A stretch of DNA of 64,000 nucleotides, taken from the NCBI GenBank assembly GCA_000002445.1, contig CM000208.1, positions 1,280,001 to 1,344,000 of the forward strand. Direction: 5' to 3'. The notes below the pieces were generated by a model. The model was given only the letters and a program-made list of their open reading frames with translations, was not told the origin of the DNA and ran no database searches. Both the position numbers and the translations under genes were made by a program. Shown here piece after piece: positions 33,088 through 44,562 of the stretch (within the stretch, counting starts at the first letter, position 1; every line of letters begins with the position of its first letter). The stretch is from Trypanosoma brucei (Eukaryota).

Positions 33088-36000
33088 ATGACTGGAGGCA
33101 ATAGCGGGATCTCTGCTACTGGCGCGGGAAGTGTTGTATTGCTTCCACGCGGAGTGTACGCTACGGTGTTTGAACCAATAAATAGTGCGGAAGAGCAACA
33201 GAAAGTGGCGCTTGAGGACTCCGTTAGACGGCCACTTGACGACCATCAAAAAGCGAACATTTCGTCGATGGCAGGGGCGGCTGGACGTTTTGAAGCGCAG
33301 CGGCGACTGCGTAAGGCAATGGCTGCAAAGGAGGCAACTATGATTCAACTTAAGCAACTTATTAGAGAATATTCGAGTCCAGGTGAGGGACCTAATCGCA
33401 GTAAGGAGCAGCTAAAAATGGTAAATGATAAGGTAACGGGATGTTCTCTAGGTGAAATAAATGGTATACCATCACCAGCGGTAGCACTGGGACATATTGA
33501 AAAAGATATTTCTGTGCATCCAGCCGCTGATTTGGCGTGCGATGCGGAGGTTTTGCGCCTCAAACTTGAGAACGAAAAATTATCTGTGAAGGAAACAGCC
33601 CTTAAAAGGGAACGTGAGCAGCTGGAAAGGCTCGTTGTTGACCTTCGAAAAGAGTTGGAAGCTTCTGGAGATGCCCTCCGTGATCAAACCGAGCTTCTAC
33701 AAACCATACGCATCAGCGAGGGCCGCCACGGGTCACATGTCTTCTTCAAACACAAACCTGAAAAACTGTCGGAGCCCATAACCACTGCGGCCCCATCTGA
33801 AGAGAGGAAAAAGGGAGGTGAGAAGGATGATGAAAATGAGAAGGGGAATAAGGAAGAAGATAAGAAAGAGGAAAAGAAAAAAGATACCATATGTGAAGGG
33901 GATAAGGTGTCTGACATGCTGAAAAGAATAGAGGCTTTGGAGGGACTTCTCGCCCTCGAGGAAAAAAGGCGGGAAGCGGTGGAAAAGCGGTGTGAGGAAC
34001 TTCTGGCGATGTCTTCCGAGAGGAAAGCAGGAGATGAGCCGACTCCTCTTGCAGCAAGGACGGCAGATTGGGGTACCGTTGCGGGTCGCCGCGAGGAGGA
34101 GGGCGGTAAAACTTTAAAGACTGATCCAGCTTGTAAAGAAAATCTTTTTGAACCGGCACCTGCGGTAGAGGACAGCCCGGGGAAAAGCGCGAAGGACGGC
34201 AGGGACACAAATCTCAATCGTGTCATTCGCGTGTTGGTGGAAAAGCACCGTGCTGCACGGGTTGTGTGGACGAGGCGTGAGAAGGAGTTCAAGCGGTACA
34301 CGCAAGTACTTGAGTCCGTCATGACACGAATGGAGCGTGGTCTCCCTGCCGAGGAACCAGGCAAAGCAGCTTTATTTAATCTCACCGTATCCCTTGTTGC
34401 ATGTGAGAACCTACTTAACCGGCGTAACAATGGTGCTCTTTTTATTGATCCCTTTGTTGTGCTCTATTCACCAATTGGCGAAAAGGCACTTGAGACTCTG
34501 CCCCGTGAGGACACCAATTGCCCTCAGTTCACAAATGCTGGGGACACTGTTACCTTCAAAGTGGTGAGGGGTTTACCGTGGAGTCTCACATTTGAGGTCT
34601 ATTCAAGAGGTGTAAACAATACTGGTCTCTTTTTGGGACAGGCAAAAGTACCTGTTGAGTCTTTCTTGGAGGACGTTGCAGTAGACAAACGTTTCCAACG
34701 AAAGGTAAGGCTTTGTCCACGCGACCGTGAACCGGATAGTGAAGTTATTCAAAACGCTCATCGCCTAGGTTCCATTATTTTCACTGCATGTATTTCGGTG
34801 GTGGGGAGGGATCGAAGAAGTTCTTCTATTCCTGCGGTTTCTCCACGCAACTCTGCCATCACCTCCAGTGGTTGCCGGCGGTCGGTGCTCGACGTGAAGC
34901 GGTCAATGGAAGCTGAACATTATGATACCGTCAACGTCGACGTGAGTTGTAGTGCAGGGGAAGAGGCGAGGTGTTGCTCTCCTGCCGACGCTGTAATTCT
35001 ACGCGTGCTGAGTGCTAAAGGTGTTATAAAGCGTCCTTCGGGCGTGTATTCAAATCCTTACGTTGTAGCGTTCGACAGTGGCACCGGTGAGGAGTTGTTG
35101 CACACGCCACCCGTTATGGCATCATCCAACCCTCAGTGGGAGCATTCGGCGCAGGGTAGATGTATAATCCGTCCCGATCACGCGAGAGGGTCTGTCACCT
35201 TCCGCGTATATGACCACGACCAAGAGGGGAAGGACCGGTTCCTGGGCGAAGCTCATCTTCCAAAACGTCTGATATTTTCCGGGAAGGAGTTGCATGAACT
35301 GAAACTAGAGCCACGAAGGGATGAATCGTTAGAGTACATTCGCCGCAAACAGCACAAACTTGGAAAGTTGGTGGTTCAGTGCGTCCGTAAGAATGCTAGG
35401 AGTGAGGGTGAAAGAAGCCGAACCCAGTCCGGGGGAAGTGTGTGCAGGTCAGCACCTTATCCTGGAGCGGTATGTGGATTCACCGAGTCATCAAAGATTC
35501 TCCACGAGGATTCTGTTACAAATTGCAAAACAATTTTATTGGACGCTTTGCCTATTCGGGTTACAGTCGAGGCATGCAACGGACTCTGCATTGATCGGTC
35601 GGGTGGATATGTAGTGGTGTGTATTGTTTCACCTAATCTGGTGGAGTACATGACCTCCGCAGTATGTGGGACAGCCGACCCCTCGTGGACCGGCACGGAC
35701 AACTCCGCAACGTTTTCTGTGCACCCTCTAAGCAGTGGCGCCATCCAATTTCATGTAATGGCTCAAGATAGAAAATGCGGCTACGGTGGAAGAATCGTCG
35801 GCTGTGCACAAATATCCACTCTGGACCTCTTCCGTCGAGGGTTTGGCAGGAAGAAACTACAGCTTGGAGGCCCTCCAGATCGCGCGGATATCTTACGAAG
35901 GCAAAGGCAGTCGGGTCAGGGGACGATCACTGTGTTTTTTTCGCTTCTTTCCTCTCCCCCAGTGCGTGGTGAAGATGAAGTCACTTGCTCTCAGGAAAAA

Positions 36001-36495
36001 CGAGCGGCGGCGGTGTCTCCTGCTGCCGTGACTAACGGCCAGAGTGAGCCGTCCTTGACAAGAAGACAAGATCGCAACACACCCGCTTCTACAGGAGTTG
36101 CAATGTCAATATACATCAAGGAAGCTCATGATCTTTTGGACTACGACAAGTCCATGTTTAATGTGCTTGGAGTAACGGATCCACGAGTAACAGTATGGGT
36201 AGGGCCCAATCACGCATTCACAACACCTGAAAAACGTGATACTGTGAACCCTAAGTGGAGTTTAGAAGAAGCTGAGTTCCAGGTTTCTGTTGAGCGAGGG
36301 CATGTTATACGATTTGAGGTTCAGGATGTAGACACAACTGGTTTTGATAGCTTGGGATCTGCTGTAGTAGATGCCTCTGAGGTGATAGAGTCGCCGGGTG
36401 CGCGTACACTTCCAGTGATGCTACGGGAAAAGCAGTACGGAACATTGACGGTTGTTTTTACCCTCGTCGATAAGAAGGATTCGACCAAAGAGTGA
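33088..36495 (+). CDS. Large (1135 aa) coiled-coil protein with at least three C2-like domains
   Basis: The N-terminal third is heptad-like (LRLKLENEKLSVKETALKREREQLERLVVDLRKELEA). A poly-acidic/Lys block reads EKGNKEEDKKEEKKKD. The C2-like segments are LRVLSAKGVIKRPSGVYSNPYVVAFDSG...VTFRVYDHDQEGKDRFLGEA, IYIKEAHDLLDYDKSMFNVLGVTDPRVTVWVGPNH...IRFEVQDVDTTGFDSLGSA and VTVEACNGLCIDRSGGYVVVCIV. Confidence 0.75.
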   Translation: MTGGNSGISATGAGSVVLLPRGVYATVFEPINSAEEQQKVALEDSVRRPLDDHQKANISSMAGAAGRFEAQRRLRKAMAAKEATMIQLKQLIREYSSPGEGPNRSKEQLKMVNDKVTGCSLGEINGIPSPAVALGHIEKDISVHPAADLACDAEVLRLKLENEKLSVKETALKREREQLERLVVDLRKELEASGDALRDQTELLQTIRISEGRHGSHVFFKHKPEKLSEPITTAAPSEERKKGGEKDDENEKGNKEEDKKEEKKKDTICEGDKVSDMLKRIEALEGLLALEEKRREAVEKRCEELLAMSSERKAGDEPTPLAARTADWGTVAGRREEEGGKTLKTDPACKENLFEPAPAVEDSPGKSAKDGRDTNLNRVIRVLVEKHRAARVVWTRREKEFKRYTQVLESVMTRMERGLPAEEPGKAALFNLTVSLVACENLLNRRNNGALFIDPFVVLYSPIGEKALETLPREDTNCPQFTNAGDTVTFKVVRGLPWSLTFEVYSRGVNNTGLFLGQAKVPVESFLEDVAVDKRFQRKVRLCPRDREPDSEVIQNAHRLGSIIFTACISVVGRDRRSSSIPAVSPRNSAITSSGCRRSVLDVKRSMEAEHYDTVNVDVSCSAGEEARCCSPADAVILRVLSAKGVIKRPSGVYSNPYVVAFDSGTGEELLHTPPVMASSNPQWEHSAQGRCIIRPDHARGSVTFRVYDHDQEGKDRFLGEAHLPKRLIFSGKELHELKLEPRRDESLEYIRRKQHKLGKLVVQCVRKNARSEGERSRTQSGGSVCRSAPYPGAVCGFTESSKILHEDSVTNCKTILLDALPIRVTVEACNGLCIDRSGGYVVVCIVSPNLVEYMTSAVCGTADPSWTGTDNSATFSVHPLSSGAIQFHVMAQDRKCGYGGRIVGCAQISTLDLFRRGFGRKKLQLGGPPDRADILRRQRQSGQGTITVFFSLLSSPPVRGEDEVTCSQEKRAAAVSPAAVTNGQSEPSLTRRQDRNTPASTGVAMSIYIKEAHDLLDYDKSMFNVLGVTDPRVTVWVGPNHAFTTPEKRDTVNPKWSLEEAEFQVSVERGHVIRFEVQDVDTTGFDSLGSAVVDASEVIESPGARTLPVMLREKQYGTLTVVFTLVDKKDSTKE

Positions 36496-37391
36496 CGGTA
36501 ACAAACACGCACAAACACACAGGGAAGGAGTGATGATGATAGCAGTGTATCATAAGTATCCTGACATTTCTTTTTCATTTTTTCCCCTTCCTCACTGTGT
36601 TTTGAGTGGAGTCTCACCACTTTTACTATTTTTCTTCCGTATATTATTATATATATATATGTTACCTGTGTGTCCTCTTCCCCCTTTGATCACCGCTCAA
36701 TAAGCACTGAGTTGCTTTCCACTCGTGTAATGTGCGATAGCGGGGAGAAGGGTTTTTTTCTTTTGGCGTGACCGAAGGGGGTAGTCACTAAAGGTGCCCA
36801 AATAAATATATATATTTTTATGAATTGCGAACGTAAATTTATAGAATTTGACCATAGATTTTTGTTGTGCTTGGCTGCTTGTGGGCCTAGTTTGTGGTTA
36901 AAAGCCATCATAGATAGAAGCACAAAGATCCTCAAACTATTGTTTGATGGTGAGCCGCTGATTTATTTATTTTTTTTTGCTTGAGGGTACAAGTTACGAG
37001 TAAACAAGCACACCTCCTTTTCTGTTTTGGTTCCCTCGCGGAGGTTTTGGTGCTTTAGTGAGCCACCGCATCAACATCTTAATGCACCGAGGAACCGCTT
37101 GTGCATGACTATCATTGTTATTACTCGCAACACATCTGTTCATTTTGTATCCGCTACCTTTTTTGTACTCGTATGCAGCGAGGACCTTATATGCCGTGCT
37201 ACATTAAGTTTATTGTGTTGTGATCCACGTAGAGACCTTGCCCTTTTTTTTTTTTAACGTTAATGCATAAGTGCATATATACAAATAAATATTTGTGCAT
37301 TCGTGCTCAATCATGCCGATTGCTAATGCAGCAATAATACAACTTGCTTCACTGTGTTTGTTGAACTCACGTATGCAAACGCACATAAACA

Positions 37392-37394
<3 letters not shown>

Positions 37395-37424
<30 letters not shown>
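37395..37424. repeat. (TA)n microsatellite, about 15 units
   Basis: Direct read. Confidence 0.95.
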
Positions 37425-37436
<12 letters not shown>

Positions 37437-37678
37437 ATCTATATTTCTTCACTTATATTTATGTATGTACATCGGCTACAAAGAGAAATAGGAAAGTCGC
37501 GGCTCGTAGCGGTTGACCCTCTCTTTAGTACCGAAAGAAGGGGAAACAGGATCTTAACGTTACAAGTGACACTGAAACAACCACAACGCTTGCAAAATAG
37601 GTATTTCTGCGCATTTGCAGGTATTCTTTTGTGTGAAAGGGAATTTTCTTCTCTGCCTCACTGTGTGTTGAGTCAACC

Positions 37679-38815
37679 ATGACCGGGTTGAAGATTGACA
37701 TCGATATGTTGCCGAACGATAGCGACGAAAACCTGCGTATGCTTCACGAGGGCATTCGTCTGGGTGAACTAACCGTGTCCGCGGAGGGTCTCACAACGTC
37801 TATGGGACAAAAATACGTCCTTTCACCAGAGGATGTACTTGTCAACAATACGAGTTTTTTAGGCCGTGGAAGCAGTGGTTCTGTCCGTCGGGCCACACAC
37901 CGAAAAACTGGAAAAGAAATTGCACTCAAGGAAATAAAGTTCACAGGTCAAACCCGCATGATGGAGATTCGACGTGAACTTGAAACCCTTCACCGTGGCG
38001 GCGGGCCGTCCCCATATTTGGTTGATTTCTACGGCGCATTTTGTCATGAGGGCTCCGTTTTCATTGCCATGGAGTGTATGGATGGTAGTTTAGACGGTGT
38101 GGCAGGGTCTGTTCCTCCAAAAGTTTTAGAGTGTATCACACGGAGTATTCTTCGCGGTTTGTCTTATCTTCACAAGGATAGGCATCTCATTCACCGCGAT
38201 ATAAAACCCAGTAACATCTTGTACAGCCGGGATGGGAGCATCAAAATATCAGACTTTGGAGCAAGTTCGTGTCTGGAGTGCACCCGCGGAAATGCATTTA
38301 GCTTCGTTGGAACACTTACCTATATGAGTCCTGAGCGTTTGAAAGGGGAACCGTATTCTTTCCCGGCGGATATATGGTCACTTGGTCTTGCTGTTGCTGA
38401 ACTCGCCCTTGGCAAGTGCCCATTCATTGATAGGCTTTCACGGGCTAATGGTTCTACAGAGGGTTGCTTTTGGGTTCTACTGCAGCATTTAAATGGTGAT
38501 GGTCCTGTGATTTCTCTTCCATCATCCATGAATGCTTCAATGACGGATTTCATCACGACGTGCATTCAAAGGGAACCGTCCAAGCGCCCGACGTGTGATG
38601 AACTCCGGCGGCACCCTTTTGTTGCCGAAGGGGACGAGGAGAATGACAAGAATGTCATCAAACAATGGCTCTCCACCATGCAACCGAAGTCTTCGTCACA
38701 CGACATAGCTGATGTGGATGGTGTATGCCGAATGCAGCAGGTGCCGTGTAGCATGGGTGGTGCGGATGAATCATCATTCGATCTCGACGAGGAACTAAAT
38801 AAGTTGGTGCAGTGA
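37679..38815 (+). CDS. Dual-specificity MAP kinase kinase (STE7/MEK family)
   Basis: ATP-binding loop GRGSSGSV and VAIK-type Lys (IALKEI). Catalytic loop HRDIKPSNIL, DFG, and an activation segment GTLTYMSPER typical of MEKs. The polyY tract at 37620-37670 ends in AG. Confidence 0.88.
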   Translation: MTGLKIDIDMLPNDSDENLRMLHEGIRLGELTVSAEGLTTSMGQKYVLSPEDVLVNNTSFLGRGSSGSVRRATHRKTGKEIALKEIKFTGQTRMMEIRRELETLHRGGGPSPYLVDFYGAFCHEGSVFIAMECMDGSLDGVAGSVPPKVLECITRSILRGLSYLHKDRHLIHRDIKPSNILYSRDGSIKISDFGASSCLECTRGNAFSFVGTLTYMSPERLKGEPYSFPADIWSLGLAVAELALGKCPFIDRLSRANGSTEGCFWVLLQHLNGDGPVISLPSSMNASMTDFITTCIQREPSKRPTCDELRRHPFVAEGDEENDKNVIKQWLSTMQPKSSSHDIADVDGVCRMQQVPCSMGGADESSFDLDEELNKLVQ

Positions 38816-39572
38816 AAGTGTTGGAGTGCCGAAACATGGTGTAGAACGACATGTGTATTTATTTTAGGTGTCACCGTTGTTATCGACGGGCAAGGACTGT
38901 GAGAGGACATTACATGTTGGTGGCGGAGTGTGGGGTGCGTGGGTAATGAAATACTATGAACGAAGGGTTGTTTTACACATTAATATTTTACGTACTATGT
39001 GGTTTCAAGTGCAAATGTATTGGCGGCTGTTGTTCGGCACAGGGTGAACCAACACTCAGTTTCCGTTTCTCTTACTTTATACCGCTGTTTCTTTCCTTTC
39101 ATTAAACTTCTTCTTTTTACTTTTTTTTTTTCTTCTTCAGTCATGTATTTCGTGTGTTGTGGCGTCGAGGACGCGATATGGTGCTAGAAGTCATTGTCTT
39201 TTTTTCCCTATTTTGCTTTAAAATATCGCATTAACAATATTTCGTGTGTGTTCGTGGGAGGGGGGCGGCGGTGGGGAAGGCGCGATAGCGCCTAACAAAC
39301 AAAAAGGATGGAATATAAGTTGGGTCTTTCCACCCAGCTGCTTTTTTTTTTTTTGCAGTCCCCTCACATGGGGTAGGTCGAATGCTGCAGGAAATTTAAA
39401 AAAAAAACGGTAATTTTTGGTTATCTTCAATGTTTTTTAAAAATGTTGGAATCATCTTTTTATTTTTATTTTAAAGAAACTCTCCTTTCCCTCTCTTTTC
39501 CATCATGCTACTCGGTGGTTTCACACATGTAAATAAAAAGGGGGAGGATCACTCAGTTATCTTCCGAAGCAA

Positions 39573-42215
39573 ATGGACAGGGAAGCCATGCGTCGGGCTC
39601 AGCAGACATCTCGTGATGCTTATTTACGCAAGCGTGCTGCTATGCGAGAGAAGGCAGCATCTGTTGTCCTGCAGGAGAAGATCACTGAGATAGAGGCCGG
39701 AGTGTTGCCCAGTTCCTTTACTGAAATTGAGTTGTTAAGCAAGCGTGCTCAAGAGGTGAAGGCTGCTGAGCGGCTGCAGGTTGCAGCAAACATGCGACAG
39801 GAAATAATCACGCTGGATGGGGGACCGGCTCTTGGAGAAAAGCGCCATCGGGATGTGGTGGTTCCACCGCTGATCCAGGAGGAAATGATTGTCCAGGAGG
39901 ATACGCAGAGACACGCGGAGGCGTCTCACGGTTTTGTGGCGATGGACAAAGCCATCATTGATGATCGCATCGAGAAGCATGATTACACGGAAGAAGTGAC
40001 AGAAGAGGAGATAAAGCGTGAGCGCACAGCGGCGCTACAAAATCAGAACCGCCGGTTGCAGGAGCAGCGCCGCTCTCTTCCCATTTATCAGTCGCGTGGT
40101 GCACTTCTTGAATTGATTCGGAACAATCCCGTGGTGATCATTGTGGGAGAAACTGGTTCAGGTAAGACAACGCAGCTGCTTCAGTACCTCTACGAGGAGA
40201 ATTTACACGAACCTGCCCCACCCACGTCTGCGAACGCGGAAGGTGTGACATCTGAACCCGTAGGGGAAGTGACACAAGGGAAGCGACTTATATGCACGCA
40301 GCCGAGGAGGCTCGCTGCCATTAGTGTTGCCGAGCGTGTAGCACAAGAAATGAATACGCGATGTGGTAGCATCGTAGGATACAAGGTGCGTTTTGATGAC
40401 CGTACTGGGCCGCTGACACGTGTTCTTTTCGTGACGGATGGTATGATGCTGAAGGAAGTTGTCGGAGACCCAAGCCTTAACACAGTCGCCGCCATCATGG
40501 TGGATGAAGCCCATGAAAGGTCCCTCAATACTGACATACTCCTTGGACTGCTAAAGGATATCATACGGGGTAACAAACAGTTGAGGGTAATTGTGGCGAG
40601 TGCGACAATAAATGCGGATAAATTTAGCGACTTCTTTAATAGAGCACCCATATTTACAGTAAAAGGCCGCTCCTTTCCCGTTGATACTTCGTACATCACT
40701 GAACCAGTTGCTGACTATGTGAAGGCCAGTGTGGATTGTATACTCATGCTCCACGCTACGAAGCCGCTGCCAGGGGACATCCTTGTCTTTCTTCCAGGAC
40801 AGGAAGAAATCGAAAGTTGTGCTGCCGCCGTTCGCGAGGCTCTTGTTGAGACCGCCGGTCAACTCCGTCCTTTGTTGGTTCTTCCCGTCTATTCCTCCCT
40901 TCCCCCTCGTGAGCAGAAGCGGATATATGAGGTGCCTCCGCCAAACACCAGGAAGGTTGTTATCGCCACAAATATTGCGGAAACGTCCATCACTATTGAT
41001 GGCATAGTGTATGTTGTGGACTGTGGACTGTGTAAGCAGAATTACTATAACCACCGGGCAATGATAGAGGAACTTCGGGTGCTTCCCATTTCACAGGCAA
41101 GTGCTACACAGCGGGCGGGCCGTGCTGGGCGTACACGGGAAGGTGATTGTTATCGTCTTTACACAACCTACACGTTTCATAATGAGTTCCCCTCGGAAAC
41201 CGTTCCCGAGATTTTGCGGTCTTCGATGAGCTCTGTCGTTCTGCAACTCAAGGCTCTTGGCATCAACAATTTACTTCAGTTTGAGTTTATTGATGCACCG
41301 TCGACGGCCTCACTAGAGCGAGCCTTGGATCACCTATACCTGCTTGGTGCCATGAAGCAAGATGGCCGACTGACACTTACCGGGAGGCGCATGGCAGAGT
41401 TCCCTTTGGACCCGTCGCTAAGCAAAAGTGTTATTCGTGCCTCTGCAATGGGGTGCTTGCGACACATGGCAATTGCTGTGGCGATGCTTTCTTTGGACTC
41501 CATTTTCATAAATACAAGAGATCCAAAGGAGCGTATAGCCATGACGAGCGCAAGGGATAAGATGTTTTCCTCCGGCAATGGCGATGTTGTTGGCTATGTT
41601 CGGCTAATGGAGGAGTGGCTGCGGTCAGGGTCCTTGAAGCAGGAATTCTGCGATACAAATTATGTGAATTCTAAGTCTCTCTTGCGCGCGCGGGACATTC
41701 TTGACCAAATACTCAAAACGTGTGAGCGACTTGGTTTTGATCTTCCAAATGGACAGGAAGCTGATGCTCTCTCTGTAGAGGCTTTGACAAAAGCTCTGCT
41801 TTCAGGGTTCTTTATGAACGTTTCCGTACTAGGTCTGGATAAACGAACGTACTCCATTGTGCGCCCGATTGACCCCACCGTAAGTCGTTTGGGTGCTGCA
41901 TCTCAAGTTGGCAGTGGTAATCGCTTCGGTGATGCAGAATCTGCGGTGGAGTTACATCCCTCAAGTTATCTTTTCCGAACTGGCACGAGCACACATGGTG
42001 AGAGAAGTAAAGGTTTACCTCCTACTCCTTCCATGGTTGCGATGGAAGAAAGACCACGCCTCGTAGTTTTTACACAGCTTCGCTGCACGAAAAAGCGGTA
42101 CATGATGCACGTTACGGCCGTCCCATCCGCCGACTGGGTGTTGGCCGTCGCCCCTGTAAATTACTTTACAAAGGAAGAGTTGGAGGTCGAAACGCACAAG
42201 CGGAAACACGTTTGA
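39573..42215 (+). CDS. DEAH-box ATP-dependent RNA helicase (DHX/Prp-type) with HA2/OB-like C-terminal region
   Basis: Motif I GETGSGKTTQ, motif II DEAHER, motif III SAT, motif V TNIAETSITIDG and motif VI QRAGRAGR. The downstream conserved ...LGA...LT.LG..MAEFPLDP... is characteristic of the DEAH HA2 domain. Confidence 0.9.
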   Translation: MDREAMRRAQQTSRDAYLRKRAAMREKAASVVLQEKITEIEAGVLPSSFTEIELLSKRAQEVKAAERLQVAANMRQEIITLDGGPALGEKRHRDVVVPPLIQEEMIVQEDTQRHAEASHGFVAMDKAIIDDRIEKHDYTEEVTEEEIKRERTAALQNQNRRLQEQRRSLPIYQSRGALLELIRNNPVVIIVGETGSGKTTQLLQYLYEENLHEPAPPTSANAEGVTSEPVGEVTQGKRLICTQPRRLAAISVAERVAQEMNTRCGSIVGYKVRFDDRTGPLTRVLFVTDGMMLKEVVGDPSLNTVAAIMVDEAHERSLNTDILLGLLKDIIRGNKQLRVIVASATINADKFSDFFNRAPIFTVKGRSFPVDTSYITEPVADYVKASVDCILMLHATKPLPGDILVFLPGQEEIESCAAAVREALVETAGQLRPLLVLPVYSSLPPREQKRIYEVPPPNTRKVVIATNIAETSITIDGIVYVVDCGLCKQNYYNHRAMIEELRVLPISQASATQRAGRAGRTREGDCYRLYTTYTFHNEFPSETVPEILRSSMSSVVLQLKALGINNLLQFEFIDAPSTASLERALDHLYLLGAMKQDGRLTLTGRRMAEFPLDPSLSKSVIRASAMGCLRHMAIAVAMLSLDSIFINTRDPKERIAMTSARDKMFSSGNGDVVGYVRLMEEWLRSGSLKQEFCDTNYVNSKSLLRARDILDQILKTCERLGFDLPNGQEADALSVEALTKALLSGFFMNVSVLGLDKRTYSIVRPIDPTVSRLGAASQVGSGNRFGDAESAVELHPSSYLFRTGTSTHGERSKGLPPTPSMVAMEERPRLVVFTQLRCTKKRYMMHVTAVPSADWVLAVAPVNYFTKEELEVETHKRKHV

Positions 42216-42663
42216 AAAATCGTTGACTGGCTTTCCCAACCCCGCCGCAGTGGATGGGATGGTGTCTGGTAAGGGCACGTATTTGGCATCGGATTCGTTG
42301 TTCTTTTGTGTGATATTTTGTTCCCTTGAAACCGTTGCGGCTGTCGTACGCTTTCTCGGTTAGGCAACGGTGATGCGACTATCCATAAAGCGCGTTAATG
42401 ACAATTCTCCTCTTTCGCCTGTGTTGTGACAACACTGGTACTTCGTTCATTTCACTCTTTTGTTTTCCCTTACTCCCTTTCGGAATTGCTTTGTAGGGGT
42501 TGAACATAGTGAACAGTTTAGAACCCTGTCGTCGGACGGGTATTGGACGGTGAAAGTTTATGGTGAACTGGTGTTCCACCTCCGTCTCATCACGGGGCTG
42601 AATGGTAGGTTCTGTTATTACCATTATTTATAGCACTTTTCGGGGACACCACCGGGGCTCATC

Positions 42664-43449
42664 ATGCTACGTGGCACACGGCTCATGTTGATGATGCAGT
42701 TGCACTCTCTCCCAACGCCAAATCCTTCTTGTTACACTTTTCATATCCCATCATCCACGTACGACAACTTTATTCCGGATGGTCAGACATGCGATGTTGC
42801 GCATATGGGCCTTGCGTGGGTTCATCCGCTTAGTCAGGGTATCTTCGAACAGTACCCGCAGGAGGTAGCGAGTGTCTTCATTGCTCCCCGGCATACGTCC
42901 ATAACGGTACATCCCCACGTCGACTGGAATAAATTGGAGTGGAGTATCAGTTCTTTTATCGGGCATTACCTTGTCTTCACAAACGCATGCTTTCCTGCCG
43001 CAGCAGAATATGCTTTGCTTGAGGATGACCTTGTGATCCACGAGGATGACTCAGAGGTTTTGCAGTGCATTAAGGAGTTGGTGCGGGAACAGGTGCGCCC
43101 AATGGTTCAGCGTGACGGTGGTGACGTGAAACTCCTTAACTTCAACGAAAAAACAGGCGTTGTATCACTTGCTATGCTCGGTGCGTGCCGCACCTGTCCA
43201 TCATCACAAAACACGTTAAAGGATGGTGTGGAGCGACTATTGAAGCACTTCTTGCCGGAGGTGAAGGAAGTAGTGGAGGCGAAAGGGCATGCATTCTACG
43301 AGGAATACGGACTTTTGTTTGATTCGGAGAAGGCACTCCGCGAAGAAGCTGCTCGTGTAGACGCAGTGCGCCGGAGAAAAATTTCTATCTACACCACGGC
43401 GCCACTCATGCCTTTCGAGGCGTTGAATGAGCCCGATGGGGATGAGTGA
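42664..43449 (+). CDS. NFU1: NFU1-type iron-sulfur cluster scaffold protein (NifU-like), probably mitochondrial
   Basis: The N-domain TPNPSCYTFHIP...VFIAP..TSITV matches the NFU N-domain (TPNPNSLKFIPG ... VFFGPDFITV). The C-domain GGDVKLLNFNEKTGVVSLAMLGACRTCPSS matches the NifU CxxC motif. The N-terminus MLRGTRLMLMM is presequence-like. Confidence 0.85.
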   Translation: MLRGTRLMLMMQLHSLPTPNPSCYTFHIPSSTYDNFIPDGQTCDVAHMGLAWVHPLSQGIFEQYPQEVASVFIAPRHTSITVHPHVDWNKLEWSISSFIGHYLVFTNACFPAAAEYALLEDDLVIHEDDSEVLQCIKELVREQVRPMVQRDGGDVKLLNFNEKTGVVSLAMLGACRTCPSSQNTLKDGVERLLKHFLPEVKEVVEAKGHAFYEEYGLLFDSEKALREEAARVDAVRRRKISIYTTAPLMPFEALNEPDGDE

Positions 43450-43815
43450 GCGTTTAAGTAACTTGCAGTTTACTGTGCGTGAATCGGCGTCACTTCCCAC
43501 TGTTGCTCTCGCGGATGGTAGTCATAGTTTACCGTTTCGATTTATGACAGTTGAGTAGCAGCGCAGAGCGTATCAATATACTCTGGTTGTCATTTAGTGT
43601 ATTCGTTATTACTTGTATCTCCTTTCCCCTCCTTTTGCCTGGCATCACTGGCCCGCATACCGGAATGTTTCAACTTTAGTTGTGCTCTTTCTCGTCTCTT
43701 TAAACTATTTCACTCCGCTCCTTCCCCCCCTTTTTTCAAAAAAAACCTGTAAAACGTCATACTGCTATTTGTACATTAGTGTGGAGCCACGTGGAATTAA
43801 GAGAGGGAGCTAAGT

Positions 43816-44562
43816 ATGACACTGCGTACGCGCTTCGAGAGCTCTGACGATGTGGGTGTGTTTGCCCGCCTAACGAACGCGTATTGTCTTGTCGCGGCTG
43901 GTGCTTCACAGAACTTCTATTCCGTGTTTGAGCAGGAGTTGGCATCACATATTCCCGTTGTGTACACGTCGATTGGCGGTTCTCGCGTTGTGGGCCGTCT
44001 GACGATTGGAAACCGCCATGGTCTCGTCGTGCCATCCATCACCACTGACCAGGAGCTCCAACATCTGCGCAACTCCCTTCCTGATTCTGTGAAGGTGCAG
44101 ATGGTGGAAGAGCGGCTCAGTGCGTTAGGAAACTGCGTTGTATGCAATGACCACGTTGCACTTATCCACACGGATCTGAGTCGGGAGACGGAGGAAGTGA
44201 TTCGTGACACGCTGCAGGTGCAGACATTCCGTACATCCATTGCAGAGAATGCTCTGGTCGGTAGCTACGCAGCCGTGACGAATAAGGGTTGCATGGTGCA
44301 TCCAAAGACACCAGCACAAGATATGGATGAGATTGCTTCACTTCTGCAGGTCCCCGTGGTGGCTGGGACAATTAACCGCGGTAATGCAGCCATTGGCTCC
44401 GGTCTTGTGGTGAATGACTGGGCAGCGTTCTGTGGGCTCAACACCACTGCAACGGAAATAACAGTGGTGGAGCGCATCTTCCAGCTTCGTAGGGATTTAG
44501 GTGGGGATGAGTCGAACTTACTGCAGCAGTTGCGCGATACGTTGGTGGATGAACTGGCATAA
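43816..44562 (+). CDS. EIF6: Eukaryotic translation initiation factor 6 (eIF6), a 60S anti-association factor
   Basis: The N-terminus MTLRTRFESSDDVGVFARLTNAYCLVA is almost the canonical eIF6 N-terminus (MA.R.QFENS.EIGVF.KLTN.YCLV). The 248-aa length fits the pentein fold. Confidence 0.92.
   Translation: MTLRTRFESSDDVGVFARLTNAYCLVAAGASQNFYSVFEQELASHIPVVYTSIGGSRVVGRLTIGNRHGLVVPSITTDQELQHLRNSLPDSVKVQMVEERLSALGNCVVCNDHVALIHTDLSRETEEVIRDTLQVQTFRTSIAENALVGSYAAVTNKGCMVHPKTPAQDMDEIASLLQVPVVAGTINRGNAAIGSGLVVNDWAAFCGLNTTATEITVVERIFQLRRDLGGDESNLLQQLRDTLVDELA

Noticed and set aside
33684-34430. 248-aa minus-strand ORF, and other antisense ORFs overlapping the large + strand genes (for example 18069..18587, 40190..40699, 59746..60465)
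   Set aside because: They lie entirely within well-supported + strand coding sequences that have domain homology. They show Ser/Arg/Pro-rich antisense composition and no motifs. All supported genes in the window are on the + strand.
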